Of a DNA stretch of 64,000 nucleotides, positions 37,981 to 56,482 are shown piece after piece; position 1 is the stretch's first letter, and every line of letters starts with the position of its first letter. The stretch covers positions 585,094,001 to 585,158,000 of the forward strand of contig NW_027362771.1 of the NCBI RefSeq assembly GCF_046119375.1. The letters are read 5' to 3'. Source of the stretch: Phyllobates terribilis (lineage: Eukaryota). Position numbers and translations under genes: made by a program. The notes below the pieces were generated by a model. That model was not told the origin of the DNA and ran no database searches. It saw only the letters and a list, made by a program, of their open reading frames with translations.

Positions 37981-38124
37981 TACAGCCACAGTCCGTGTCG
38001 GAGGACTGATCCCTGAACGCTCCATCGGTAGATTTGTGCAGCGTTCGGCTTTCAGCTCCGGGGTGGAGCATTGTTACCAGACATCACATGTTTTTCCTCG
38101 TTCCCCCAGGCGCAGATCACCACC

Positions 38125-43096
<4,972 letters not shown>

Positions 43097-43475
43097 TGAT
43101 GTGCGGACCGATGTCCGTCAGGGTTTGCACGCTGCATGCTGCTCCTGGCTGTCAGTCTGTACTGAGCTTCCATCCCAGGCGGCCTCCGCACAGGAGCGTG
43201 GTAGAGGTGACCCAGGCGTGAGATTAGAGCATGTGACGGTGTGCCGATACACCACGCTGGGTCTACACAGCACTATACCGGTGTAGGAAAGCGCTCGGCC
43301 AGCCAAAGCTCCCGCTCTGCGGTGCATGGGAGTAGTAGTCCTAGAATGTGATGGGCGGGTCGCTAGTGATACACATAATGCTCTGCCCTGAACTGTAAAC
43401 CAAGTAATGTTATTATGTATTTAAGTCGTTCTAGGTGGGGGAGGGGAAGGAAGTCGGGGTAATGGGCGTGGAAAT

Positions 43476-43481
43476 AATAAA
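43476..43481 (+). terminator. AATAAA, probable DHPS poly(A) signal
   Basis: First canonical hexamer I found after the DHPS stop. Confidence 0.65.
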
Positions 43482-43504
43482 GGATTGTTTCCAAAATGTC
43501 AGAC

Positions 43505-43510
43505 TTTATT
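43505..43510 (-). terminator. AATAAA, probable WDR83 poly(A) signal
   Basis: tttatt on the + strand, 23 nt beyond the WDR83 stop. Confidence 0.7.
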
Positions 43511-43533
43511 TGTGATATTAAATTAAAACAAAG

Positions 43534-46500
43534 TCACTGTGATCCGCTGCCACCGTCCTCCGCAGGCTCACCCCTCCAAACCTGGACTTCACCCTCACTG
43601 GCGGTCAGCAGGCACGGTTCAGTGGGATGATATGAGAGCGACTGTACAACTCCTTTACTGACCGGGAGCCTGAGTGTGAGGGATCCCTGCAGGACAGAAG
43701 AGGGAAGGCGGGTGATGGAATACTGCCCCCTATGTACAAGAATATAACTGCTATAATACTGCCCCTATATACAAGAATATAACTACTGTAATACTGCCCC
43801 CTATGTACAAGAATATAACTACTGTAATACTGCCCCCTATGTACAAGAATATAACTACTATAATACTGCTCCCTATGTAGAAGAATATATCTACTATAAT
43901 ACTGCCTCCTATGTACAAGAATATAACTACTATAATACTGCCCCCTATGTACAAGAATATAACTACTATAATACTGCCCCCTATGTACAAGAATATAACT
44001 ACTATAATACTGCTCCTATGTACAAGAATATAACTACTATAATACTGCCTCCTATGTACAAGAATATAACCACTATAATACTGCTCCCTATATACAGGAA
44101 TATAACTACTATAATACTGCTCCCTATATACAGGAATATAACTACTATAATACTGCCCCCTATGTACAAGAATATAACTACTATAATACTGCCCCCTATG
44201 TACAAGAATATAACTACTATAATACTGCTCCTATGTACAAGAATATAACTACTATAATACTGCCTCCTATGTACAAGAATATAACTACTATAATACTGCC
44301 TCCTATGTACAAGAATATAACTACTATAATACTGCCCCTATGTACAAGAATATAACTACTATAATACTGCCCCTATGTACAAGAATATAACTACTAGAAT
44401 ACTGCCCCCTATGTACAAGAATATAACTACTAGAATACTGCCCCCTATGTACAAGAATATAACTACTATAATACTGCCCCCTATGTACAAGAATATAACT
44501 ACTATAATACTGCCCCCTATGTACAAGAATATAACTACTATAATACTGCCCCCTATGTACAAGAATATAACTACTATAATACTGCCTCCTATGTACAAGA
44601 ATATAACTACTATAATACTGCCCCCTATGTACAAGAATATAACTACTGTAATACTGCCCCCTATGTACAAGAATATAACTACTGTAATACTGCCTCCTAT
44701 GTACAAGAATATAACTACTATAATACTGCTCCCTATATACAGGAATATAACTACTATAATACTGCTCCCTATATACAGGAATATAACTACTATAATACTG
44801 CCCCCTATGTACAAGAATATAACTACTATAATACTGCTCCCTATGTACAAGAATATAACTACTATAATACTGCTCCCTATGTACAAGAATATAACTACTA
44901 TAATACTGCTCCTATATACAAGAATATAAGTACTATAATACTGCTCCTATATACAAGAATATAACTACTATAATACTGCTCCCTATGTAGAAGAATATAA
45001 CTACTATAATACTGCCTCCTATGTACAAGAATATAACTACTGTAATACTGCCCCCTATGTACAAGAATATAACTACTGTAATACTGCCCCCTATGTACAA
45101 GAATATAACTACTGTAATACTGCCCCCTATGTACAAGAATATAACTACTGTAATACTGCCTCCTATGTACAAGAATATAACTACTATAATACTGCTCCCT
45201 ATATACAGGAATATAACTACTATAATACTGCTCCCTATATACAGGAATATAACTACTATAATACTGCCCCCTATGTACAAGAATATAACTACTATAATAC
45301 TGCTCCCTATGTACAAGAATATAACTACTATAATACTGCTCCTATATACAAGAATATAACTACTATAATACTGCGCCTATATACAAGAATATAACTACTA
45401 TAATACTGCCTCCTATGTACAAGAATATAACTACTATAATACTGCCTCCTATGTACAAGAATATAACTACTATAATACTGCCCCTATGTACAAGAATATA
45501 ACTACTATAATACTGCCCCCTATGTACAAGAATATAACTACTATAATACTGCCCCTATGTACAAGAATATAACTACTATAATACTGCTCCCTATATACAG
45601 GAATATAACTACTATAATACTGCTCCCTATATACAGGAATATAACTACTATAATACTGCCCCCTATGTACAAGAATATAACTACTATAATACTGCTCCCT
45701 ATGTACAAGAATATAACTACTATAATACTGCTCCTATATACAAGTATATAACTATTATAATACTGCCCCTATATACAAGAATATAACTACTGTAATACTG
45801 CCCCCTATGTACAAGAATATAACTACTGTAATACTGCCCCCTATGTACAAGAATATAACTACTATAATACTGCTCCCTATGTAGAAGAATATAACTACTA
45901 TAATACTGCCTCCTATGTACAAGAATATAACTACTATAATACTGCCTCCTATGTACAAGAATATAACTACTATAATAATGCCCCCTATGTACAGGAATAT
46001 AACTACTATAATACTGCCCCCTATGTACAAGAATATAACTACTATAATACTGCCCCCTATGTACAAGAATATAACTACTATAATACTGCCCCCTATGTAC
46101 AAGAATATAACTACTATAATACTGCCCCCTATGTACAAGAATATAACTACTGTAATACTGCCCCCTATGTACAAGAATATAACTACTGTAATACTGCCCC
46201 CTATGTACAAGAATATAACTACTATAATACTGCTCCCTATGTAGAAGAATATAACTACTATAATACTGCCTCCTATGTACAAGAATATAACTACTATAAT
46301 ACTGCCTCCTATGTACAAGAATATAACTACTATAATAATGCCCCCTATGTACAGGAATATAACTACTATAATACTGCCCCCTATGTACAAGAATATAACT
46401 ACTATAATACTGCCCCCTATGTACAAGAATATATCTCCTATAATACTGCCCCTATGTACAAGAATATAACTACTATAATACTGCCCCCTATGTACAAGAA

Positions 46501-49500
46501 TATAACTACTATAATACTGCCTCCTATGTACAAGAATATAACTACTATAATACTGCCCCCTATTATGTCATCATCTACCATTGGAGGTATAGGTTCGGAG
46601 TTATACCCTGCAGATGCGATATGTATGGGGTCTCGCTATCTGCCTAACTTTAACACTGGAGTGGGCCACAGCCCATTTTAAAAGGTAAAGGTTCATTATG
46701 AAGAGGGAGGACAGAGCAGCGGTCGGAGCTTCTGAGACTTCAACAAGGTCTCATCCATGGAGTGGTCTCTCGCTTAGAAACCTCGACTGGTTTAAGGTTT
46801 CAAGCAGCGGCCACATGTAATCCTGAAGATTGAGCTACGCGAGTCCTCACCTCCACCAGGTCCCAGAAGCAGACGGTGCCGTCCTCGGAGCAGCTCACCA
46901 CATGCGTGTCCTTCTCACTGAGGCAGCTGTCCAGTTTATAGCTAGAGTTCTTGTGTCCAGAGTACCTGGTGAAGAACAGAGGACGCATGGTTACAGGGCA
47001 AACGGTAATACTTGTAATAACTACTGCCGACCACTAGGTGTCACAAACTCACTCCCCAGCTCCTTACAAATAATTTTGTGGCGGCAGTGTGGGGGCGAGG
47101 GCGGCACTGGGGTTGGAGCACATTTTACTCACTCTCCGAGCAGTTCTCCTGTGTCCTTATCCAGGAGGCGGAGGCAGGAATCCAGGGAGGAGGCCAAGAG
47201 ACACTGCGAGTCCTGACTGAAACTCACACACGTAATGGGGTCTATGGGAAAGTAACAACATTAACCGGTCACTATAGGGTAATGCTGGCCTAGTAATCCC
47301 CTCCTGGCCCAGTGAGCTCCTGTGTATGAGGCGTCTGCTCTGTAATCGCACTGTCCGCTGCTTTGCCTTCTCCCTCAGGACATCAGCTGCTAGTAGGAGG
47401 CATAAAACATGGCTGCACACTGCTGTCAGGTGCCGAGGAAAATTAACAGAGAACTTACTGCCAACGTAATCCGCACACATCTCGCCCGCCCGCAGGTCAT
47501 AACGGCGTAGATTCCCATCCACAGACCTAGAGCCAAGGAGGAGAAGTCACAGTGATGAGTGATCCTCCCACTATAGGGTGACACAGGAGCAACGTTCCCG
47601 CCCTCTCCTCCCACTATAGGGTGACACAGGAGCAACGTCCCCGCCTGCTCCTCCCACTATAGGGTGACACAGGAGCAACGTCCCCGCCTGCTCCTCCCAC
47701 TACAGGGTGACACAGGAGCAACGTCCCCGCCTGCTCCTCCCACTACAGGGTGACACAGGAGCAACGTCCCCGCCCTCTCCTCCCACTATAGGGTGACACA
47801 GGAGCAACGTCCCCGCCTGCTCCTCCCACTACAGGGTGACACAGGAGCAACGTCCCCGCCCTCTCCTCCCACTATAGGGTGACACAGGAGCAACGTCCCC
47901 GCCTGCTCCTCCCACTATAGGGTGACACAGGAGCAACGTCCCCGCCTGCTCCTCCCACTATAGGGTGACACAGGAGCAACGTCCCCGCCTGCTCCTCCCA
48001 CTACAGGGTGACACAGGAGCAACGTCCCCGCCCTCTCCTCCCACTATAGGGTGACACAGGAGCAACGTCCCCGCCTGCTCCTCCCACTATAGGGTGACAC
48101 AGGAGCAACGTCCCCGCCTGCTCCTCCCACTACAGGGTGACACAGGAGCAACGTCCCCGCCTGCTCCTCCCACTACAGGGTGACACAGGAGCAACGTCCC
48201 CGCCCTCTCCTCCCACTATAGGGTGACACAGGAGCAACGTCCCCGCCTGCTCCTCCCACTACAGGGTGACACAGGAGCAACGTCCCCGCCCTCTCCTCCC
48301 ACTATAGGGTGACACAGGAGCAACGTCCCCGCCTGCTCCTCCCACTATAGGGTGACACAGGAGCAACGTCCCCGCCTGCTCCTCCCACTATAGGGTGACA
48401 CAGGAGCAACGTCCCCGCCTGCTCCTCCCACTACAGGGTGACACAGGAGCAACGTCCCCGCCCTCTCCTCCCACTATAGGGTGACACAGGAGCAACGTCC
48501 CCGCCTGCTCCTCCCACTATAGGGTGACACAGGAGCAACGTCCCCGCCTGCTCCTCCCACTACAGGGTGACACAGGAGCAACGTCCCCGCCTGCTCCTCC
48601 CACTACAGGGTGACACAGGAGCAACGTCCCCGCCTGCTCCTCCCACTACAGGGTGACACAAGAGCAACGTCCCCGCCTGCTCCTCCCACTACAGGGTGAC
48701 ACAAGAGCAACATCCCCGCCCTCTCCTCCCACTACGGGGTGACACAGGAGCAACGTCCCCGCCCGCTCCTCTCACTACGGGGTGACACAGGAGCAACGTC
48801 CCCGCCCTCTCCTCCCACTACGGGGTGACACAGGAGCAACGTCCCCGTCCGCTCCTCTCACTACGGGGTGACACAGAAGCAACGTCCCCGCCTGCTCCTC
48901 CCACTACGGGGTAACACAGTAGCAACATCCCCGCCTGCTCCTCCCACTACGGGGGTGACACAGGAGCAAAGTCCCCGCCCTCTCCTCCCACTACGGGGTG
49001 ACACAGGAGCAACATCCCCGCCCTCTCCTCCCACTACGGGGTGACACAGGAGCAACATCCCCGCCCTCTCCTCCCACTACGGGGTGACACAGGAGCAACA
49101 TCCCCGCCCTCTCCTCCCACTACGGGGTGACACAGTAGCAACATCCCCGCCCTCTCCTCCCACTACGGGGTGACACAGTAGCAACATCCCCGCCCTCTCC
49201 TCCCACTACGGGGTGACACAGTAGCAACATCCCCGCCTGCTCCTCCCACTACAGGGTGACACAGGAGCAACGTCCCCGCCCTCTCCTCCCACTACGGAGT
49301 GACACAGGAGCAACGTCCCCGCCCGCTCCTCTCACTACGGGGTGACACAGGAGTAACGTCCCCGTCTGCTCCTCCCACTACGGGGTGACACAGGAGTAAC
49401 GTCCCCGCCCGCTCCTCCCACTACGGGGTGACACAGAAGCAAAATCCCCGCCCGCTCCTCCCACTACGGGGTGACACAGGAGCAACGTCCTTGTCTGCTC

Positions 49501-51647
49501 CTCCCACTACGGGGTGACACAGGAGCAACGTCCCCGTCTGCTGCTCCCAACACAGGATGACAGACATAAGGAAGCAGAATAATGAGACAGACCCGGCCAG
49601 GATCTCGTGGTCGGACACTTTGATGCTGGAGATCCCGTCTTTGGCTTCATCCAGGATCTGTATGGCCTCCGGTCTGCGGGAGCGACAGTCCCAGCACCTG
49701 ATAGAAGAATCTATAGATCCTGAGAGATCAGAAAAAAAGTGACACTCAGCGCTCAGGAGGACGACCGCCAGATCACTGCATGTTCAGGGGCGTCTGCAGA
49801 ACATCACACAAGCAAGGGAAAAGGACGTTACCTGACATGATCACAGTGGACTCCTCATTAAACGCCACGCAGTTCACTTTCTGCAGAGAGACGCAGAAGC
49901 ACGTCAGACGGTGAGACCGCCAATGTCCCCACACCATTCTATCACCACAAATCATGTGTGGGGGCGGCAAGTTACACTCAAAGTGATAGCCTACCCCGAA
50001 AAGGACATGTAGCAGCTGCCCTGTGTACAGGGGGAGATGCGCCGCCATCAGCTGATCGCTGCCGTGTGTACAGGGGGAGATGCGCCGCCATCAGCTGATC
50101 GCTGCCGTGTGTACAGGGGGAGATGCGCCGCCATCAGCTGATCGCTGCCGTGTGTACAGGGGGAGATGCGCCGCCATCAGCTGATCGCTGCCGTGTGTAC
50201 AGGGGGAGATGCGCCGCCATCAGCTGATCGCTGCCGTGTGTACAGGGGGAGATGCGCCGCCATCAGCTGATCGCTGCCGTGTGTACAGGGGGAGATGCGC
50301 CGCCATCAGCTGATCGCTGCCGTGTGTACAGGGGGAGATGCGCCGCCATCAGCTGATCGCTGCCGTGTGTACAGGGGGAGATGCGCCGCCATCAGCTGAT
50401 CGCTGCCGTGTGTACAGAAGGAGATGTGCCGCCATCAGCTGATCGCTGCCGTGTTTACACAGAAAGTAAAGGCAGAACTCGTAAGTAGGATGGATCCGTG
50501 GATGTGGCTCCGCAGCGACACTACAATTTCTAGAAACATATTCCTGGATTTAGCTTTGTGTCGCTGCAGTCTATATTTGGGGACGATTCCTTTAGTACCA
50601 GTGACAAATGTGGACCAATCGGCCATACCAGCCAAAGTTTTTAGAAAAGTAATAGCAGTGTCCTGATTGGTTGCCCGGGATGACTACTCCCCTTCCATTG
50701 AATCCAATCATTTACCGGCTCGTACTACATCAGTAATGGTAAGCGCCGCTCACCCCTGCGTGTCCTCGAAACTTCCGAACAACCTGACCTTGCGCCACAT
50801 CCCACAGGACGACGGTTTTGTCTGAGCTGCAGGAACAGATCTGGCTGTTGTCACAAGACCTGAAAGAGACGTAAAATGAGAACTCTCCCCCAAAAAAACC
50901 CACACCGGGGACCCCGCTCATCCAATCAATGAGAGTGTAATACGGCTTCTCTCCAGGAGAGGGCAATCAGTGCTGCCACCATCAGATGACTGTGGGGTTC
51001 ATAGTGGACCCCCTGTAATCACTGGGGAATCCAGAAACCTGGAGAACCCTGAATACAAATGTATCAGACTCTCCCATCTTATGTAGGCAGGAATGATTCT
51101 GTCACCGAACAGCAAAGAGGTAAGAAACTCCTACAGATCATATCCTGTGGCTCATTATATGGGGGAGCCCTGGGTCCAGGCAGTGGGATCCAGAGGTGGG
51201 GATCTTACTGATCACAGAATGGATCCACTGTTTACCCTCACACCGACCCCGGCCATAAGACCTGTAATGACGGACGGTTACCCTGCCGCGTCCAGCACCT
51301 CGTATCCGTGCCCGGAGTACGTCTTCAGCAGGGTGCCCTTGTGCGGATTCCACAGCTTCAGAGACTTGTCACTGCCACACGTCATACAGTAATTACCGTC
51401 CACTGCCAACCGCAAGGAGAGAAGGGTCACAGGGAGGCACACAGCCAACAGGGAGGAGCTAGGTGACAGTCTGCTCCTCCCACCACAGGATCACAGTCAG
51501 GAGGGAGGAGCTATGTGAAGGGGTTGTCGGGGGGGGGTTCTCACCGTTGTAGCGTACGGCCCGCACCGCCCCCTGGGCACACAGCAGCCTGCGGTGCAGA
51601 TATCGGGGCAGCTCCGGGGGTCTCGGTTTGGGGGCTGGGAAGGACAT
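43534..51647 (-). CDS. WDR83: WD repeat-containing protein 83 (MORG1), 9 coding exons, 316 aa
   Basis: complement join(51545..51647,51282..51402,50754..50859,49832..49880,49593..49719,47459..47526,47133..47241,46851..46965,43534..43686) = 951 nt. MSFPAPKPRPPELP, QGAVRAVRYNVDGNYCMTCGSDK, GHGYEVLDAAGS, HVVSCSEDG, SYHPTEPCLLTA match WDR83. Confidence 0.98.
43716..46562. repeat. 36-bp minisatellite CTATGTACAAGAATATAACTACTATAATACTGCCCC, about 79 copies, WDR83 last intron
   Basis: Direct. Confidence 0.98.
47560..49545. repeat. 43-bp minisatellite CTCCCACTATAGGGTGACACAGGAGCAACGTCCCCGCCTGCTC, about 46 copies
   Basis: Direct; period 43 measured (47581 to 47624). Confidence 0.98.
50020..50460. repeat. 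43-bp minisatellite GTGTGTACAGGGGGAGATGCGCCGCCATCAGCTGATCGCTGCC, about 10 copies
   Basis: Direct; contains palindromes TGTACA and ATCAGCTGAT. Confidence 0.97.
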
Positions 51648-51819
51648 GGCCCCTCCTGTAAATACTGCAGGATACAGAAGTGACAGGATCACACACAGCT
51701 GGGGCCATTGTACAGGGACAGGGCCCAGCGTGGGGCAGAATTACCATCTAGGACTATGGAGAAGGTGACCGTACTGAAGACCATTCTGGCCTTGCTGGGA
51801 CTTCTAGTCCGTCGCTCAC

Positions 51820-52045
51820 CTTCATTCAGAGTCTCTGGGAGCAGAAGAGGATTCTGGGTCTTGTATTTCGCGCAGCAGTGAACCGATCACGTGACGCTAT
51901 GCGCGCGCCGGTGTACACAAGGCCACGTGGTTCGGAAGCACTTCCGGTTCACCTGGACTATTTTCTTTTACTTCCGGTCCCTGTGCCGGAAGTTCCCTGA
52001 TTAGCCGCAGATTTGTCTTACTACACGGAAAGGAAGGGAGAAAAC
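51820..52045. promoter_or_regulatory. WDR83/WDR83OS bidirectional promoter and WDR83 non-coding exon
   Basis: ETS motifs ACTTCCGG 51940-47 and 51970-77, CCGGAAGT 51986-93; E-boxes TCACGTGA 51887-94, CCACGTGG 51923-30; minus-strand donor AAG|GTGAGC at 51820. Confidence 0.8.
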
Positions 52046-55000
52046 ATGACCGGGAATATCGGGAGCGACCCCAGGAGACCGGCCAAGGTGCAGAGGTGAG
52101 GGGGCTGCGGAGATACTGCCTCAGAATGGAGACGGAGGGGTTAATGTCAGAGCCATAGTGATTAATGGTGCACAGTCAGATGCAAGACGCTGATTGGCTC
52201 CAGTGATCACGTGGCACTTCTCCCCTGTGGATGGTACCAGAGGACAGTATGGCGAAATGTTGCAGCTTTAAGTTTTTTCTTTTTGTGGCCGTCACTACGT
52301 GACCAATAGAATTACATTTTAATTTAATGCACGTCCCCTTTAAGCCGGGACCTGTCCTGCACATTGAGGCTGCAGAGTGTTAGATACTCAGTATACTACT
52401 TAAAGGGTTAATTCTACAAGTAGAAATGATGCCCTATCCAATGTATAGAGGATAGCCCCCTGGGACCCCACGATCTGCGCTGTGCACATGGGGCGGACGT
52501 GATCATACTCGCTTTCTGCTGCATTCATTATCTGTGTGACTGCTGGGATGGCCGCACTCTGCTTCTCTGCAGCCCCTATGGATGATGAATGGGGCAGATG
52601 CCGAGCATGAGCAGAGCCACCCCACTGTGCGGGGCCCCGATCCCGGGGTAGCCGGGTCCACCCCGCTGTGCGGAGCCCCGATCCCGGGGTAGCCGGGTCC
52701 ACCCCGCTGTGCGGAGCCCCGATCCCGGGGTCGCCGGGTCCACCCCGCTGTGCGGAGCCCCGATCCCGGGGTCGCCGGGTCCACCCCGCTGTGCGGAGCC
52801 CCGATCCCTGGGTCGCCGGGTCCACCCCGCTGTGCGGAGCCCCGATCCCTGGGTCGCCGGGTCCACCCCGCTGTGCGGAGCCCCGATCCCTGGGTCGCCG
52901 GGTGCGCACAGATATCTGCTCTACTTTGGATGGGAAATCATTTTTAATTCTAGGAATTCATAGTTATGGTTGAACGTAGATCTTATCCAATCTTGTTCAT
53001 CCTATAACCCTTTTTATTTCTATTACCTGCCCGCCTTGGCCATGTGCCACCACTTAGCAGTCTCACTGTACAAGAAGGATCTTGGCTTAAAAGGAATGTC
53101 CATTTCCACTTAATCCATAAAAGTGCCAGGTTAGCGCAAGAAATACGAAAACCTATAGAAGATTAGACCCCTAAAATTTAACTTTTAATAAATTATCTAA
53201 AAAGGACTAAACAATCCACAATAGGCAAAACAAAAAAAATGCAAAATGTAGTATTAGGGAATATCCAAATTAGGTTCCACACCGACCAGGAGAGAGTACA
53301 GGCTAAACCTGTCCCTACTTTATCCCTAATGTCCCTTCCTGGCAGCGGAGGTTGGCACCCTAATTTGTGCTGCGGGGGGGGGGGGGGGGGTTGTGCCTGG
53401 GGGTTTTTTGCTCTCACGGCCAGGTACAGAGAACCCTCTGATATTGGCCATTAAACCCCATGATTGATGTGTTTCATAGTTCCTAACCACTGCAGCCGAT
53501 CACAGGAGGGATCCAGGAGAGGCCTGTAGATGAGTATGACAAAGATTAGTATTTTCAGAGACTCCAAGCAACATTGAACTTAGCTAGGATATCCCTTTAA
53601 GCCTGTTAAAGGCCCTTGTACACATTGGAGCAAGGTCCGAGGAATTCTTCCGAACCATCCGACCATCTGATGTGTTTGGGGCTTCCCCGATGATGGGGTG
53701 AGGGGGATGGATTGGGCATGCTGAAGATCTGTCCCATTCGTTTGCTCTCAGAGGAGATAAGTGGCCATCAGAGATACCGACAGCCGCTGACTCTCTTGCC
53801 CTCGTTGATGCGCGGCTGAGGCCATTATGGGTATATATGGAGGGATTGCCCTGCGGTGACTCTTATTGGGGGTTTATGGGCTCCTTTAGTGTTACGCTAA
53901 TGACGCCGGCATCGTAGTGACACAGTGTGTACAGGAGTTTGTTCCATGAGACGGATAAAATATTGATGTAAAAAAAATGTATACCGGTAATTTGCAATAA
54001 AAATGATTATTATATGATACATTACATCCTATGTGTAAGTCGGCTCCCCTGAAGCCTGCACTGCACCTTGTAGACCCCCGGCAGACCCCTGCACAGGTTG
54101 CCTGTCCCCCGAGTGCCGTAGTGGCAGCAGGCTGTGAATCTGTGAGTACAGCTGGGATAGGTCTATGCACCGGGGGAGCGGTGCTCTGTACAGAGCTCTG
54201 CCGCTACCTTACTCAGTGTGAGGATCCAGGCTCCATCCTGGTATAATTGCCCCTTTAATCTATAGGATCTTCTTTTCCAGGGACACATAATCCGGGGCTG
54301 CAGGGCGATCCTGCTCTTCCGGGAACAGGGTGACACGTGTATTCCAGCTAAGCCTCCGCACGGCCGAGCATCGTGACTTCATGGCCTTGGAGTCATCGGA
54401 CCGATGATCCCGGCGCGGGTTTATCTCTTTATTCCACGTTGCTTTTCCATAGTCCGAAACTGAAGGCTGCAATATAATATGTCTAACGCCCATCTGCTCT
54501 GCAGGGAAACACAATCTATTGCTCTCTGTTATCAGCCATCTCCAGCAGGGGCGAGGATGACAGAAAGTTCTAGTGTCACCGATCTGCAGCCCCGAGACCC
54601 TCAGCACCTTCTAGTCCAAATACCCCAGTATATAAGATGGGAGACCCCGTTCTACGTATCTGTGCTGCATGTTAGGGTCTCGTCTAGTTTCTGTCTTTCC
54701 TACATAGGCGGCCATGTTTCATAGATATCATATGACACATAGCAGCCAGGATTTTCTAATCCTAGGATTCATTCTTCCAAAACAGCGCCCCCTCTGTCCA
54801 CTGGTCAGATATGGTATTGCAGCTCAGCTCTAAAAACATACCAGAAGCCGACAATTGTGGTGCTGATAATAGAAGAAAGCGGCCATGTTTTTCTAACTCT
54901 GGACATCCCAGTGATGGTGAGCGTTACATGAATAATCACCTTTTATGTCTGATTTAGGTATAAACCCCCCACATCGGAGAACTCACCCACACTGGACGAC

Positions 55001-55474
55001 CCGACCCCAGACTACATGAACCTGCTGGGGATGATCTTCAGTATGTGCGGCCTGATGCTGAAGGTGAGTGTCACCTATAGGTGTGTGGACATACGGGGCC
55101 ATGACCTCTGCTTATATAGGATATAAAAGACTACAACTCTCAACATGTCTTGACAGCGGGAAGTGCTGGGAGTTGTAGTTTTATAAGCAATGTCTATATA
55201 CATATGATGTCTTGCAGCTGAAGTGGTGTGCCTGGATCGCCGTCTATTGCTCCTTCATCAGCTTCGCCAATTCCCGCAGCTCCGAGGACACCAAGCAGAT
55301 GATGAGCAGCTTCATGTAAGTGGGGGAGGGGGTCATCGCATACATTATTGTGCCCCCCATGATGAAGTCGCACTTCCCCTTTAATTATTCTCTCTCTGTC
55401 CTCGCAGGTTATCCATCTCCGCTGTCGTCATGTCTTATCTACAGAACCCGCAACCCATGTCTCCTCCGTGGTGA
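52046..55474 (+). CDS. WDR83OS: PAT complex subunit Asterix (WDR83OS), 4 coding exons, 106 aa
   Basis: join(52046..52095,54958..55063,55218..55315,55408..55474) = 321 nt; [15 protein letters not shown]...[29 protein letters not shown]...[34 protein letters not shown]. Confidence 0.98.
52620..52905. repeat. 41-bp GC-rich minisatellite GCCGGGTCCACCCCGCTGTGCGGAGCCCCGATCCCGGGGTA, about 7 copies
   Basis: Direct. Confidence 0.95.
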
Positions 55475-55514
55475 CAGCTGCTCCGGCGTCTCGTTACTGT
55501 CTGTTTATAGAAAA

Positions 55515-55520
55515 AATAAA
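55515..55520 (+). terminator. AATAAA, probable WDR83OS poly(A) signal
   Basis: 40 nt after the stop codon. Confidence 0.65.
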
Positions 55521-56344
55521 GGCTGATGTCGCACTGTGTGTACAGAGTCTTATTTTACCTGCAGGATCCTGGCTGATGCCCCCCCCCCCCCTGGCGGCGA
55601 GAAGCGGCACTTCTGTGCAGGGTGAGATCTGTCGCCACGGGGAGGTGTACTCTTTTATCCCTTTCCCACTACATGATGCACTGGTGAATGAATACCGGGT
55701 TAAGTTTTTAAAATTCTAAAAAAAAAAAATAATTCAATAAAAAAAAAGAAAATGAAAGCATATTTAGTATCTGAAAAAGTCTCGATCTGTGGAAATATAA
55801 AGTTATTTGATCCAGACAGGAAATACCGTATAGAAGAAAAAAAAAAGGTATTTGGAACCTGGTGCTGCCCCTCAGTTGGGAACAAAAGACCCCAAAATGG
55901 TACCAATAAAGACATCAGCGAGGGGTCTCAGAAAATGGTGACACAAGTGAATGTTAATATTCTATAATATAAAGAAAATAGTAATAAATATAAATCTATG
56001 TATAAAAAGTTATTTTAAAATATATATATATATTTTTGCTAAGTTCTAATTTTTCCTGACAATAAAAACAAAAAATAAACTAATAATCTCCTTACCCTGG
56101 AGAATCGTTACCAGCTGATTTTCACCGCACAGTGACCGCAGTAAAGACAAGGAGTGATGGCCGGATTGTGGCTTTTTTTTTCCTTTTCAGCCTTTTGCTA
56201 CATTTAACAACTCTTTCCAGTCTTTTGGGACATTATATAGTAAATAACAAGCTGTCAGACGCCGACGGAAAATAATAATAAAAAAAAAGTTATGACTCTT
56301 AGAACAAAAGAAGCAGAAGAATGAAAATCATCATCATATCAGCC

Positions 56345-56482
56345 CAGGAACAGAATTCTAGACCAGCAGTGAACACTGACACACAACACTACTGAGATAC
56401 CAGGCGTCATGTGGGTTATGACTCAGGTGAGTGGTATTGCAGTAGTGTCAGTGTTCACTGCCGGTGTAGAATTGTGTTCCTG
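56345..56482. repeat. ~140-bp hairpin or small MITE
   Basis: caggaacagaattctagaccagcagtgaacactgacac vs gtgtcagtgttcactgccggtgtagaattgtgttcctg. Confidence 0.8.

Noticed and set aside
36752-38071. 439-aa His/Thr/Tyr-rich minus-strand ORF
   Set aside because: Translation of the 26-bp TA/TG array
47560-50460. Regular 43-bp repeats as a CRISPR array
   Set aside because: Head-to-tail units with no unique spacers, eukaryotic intronic context, no cas genes
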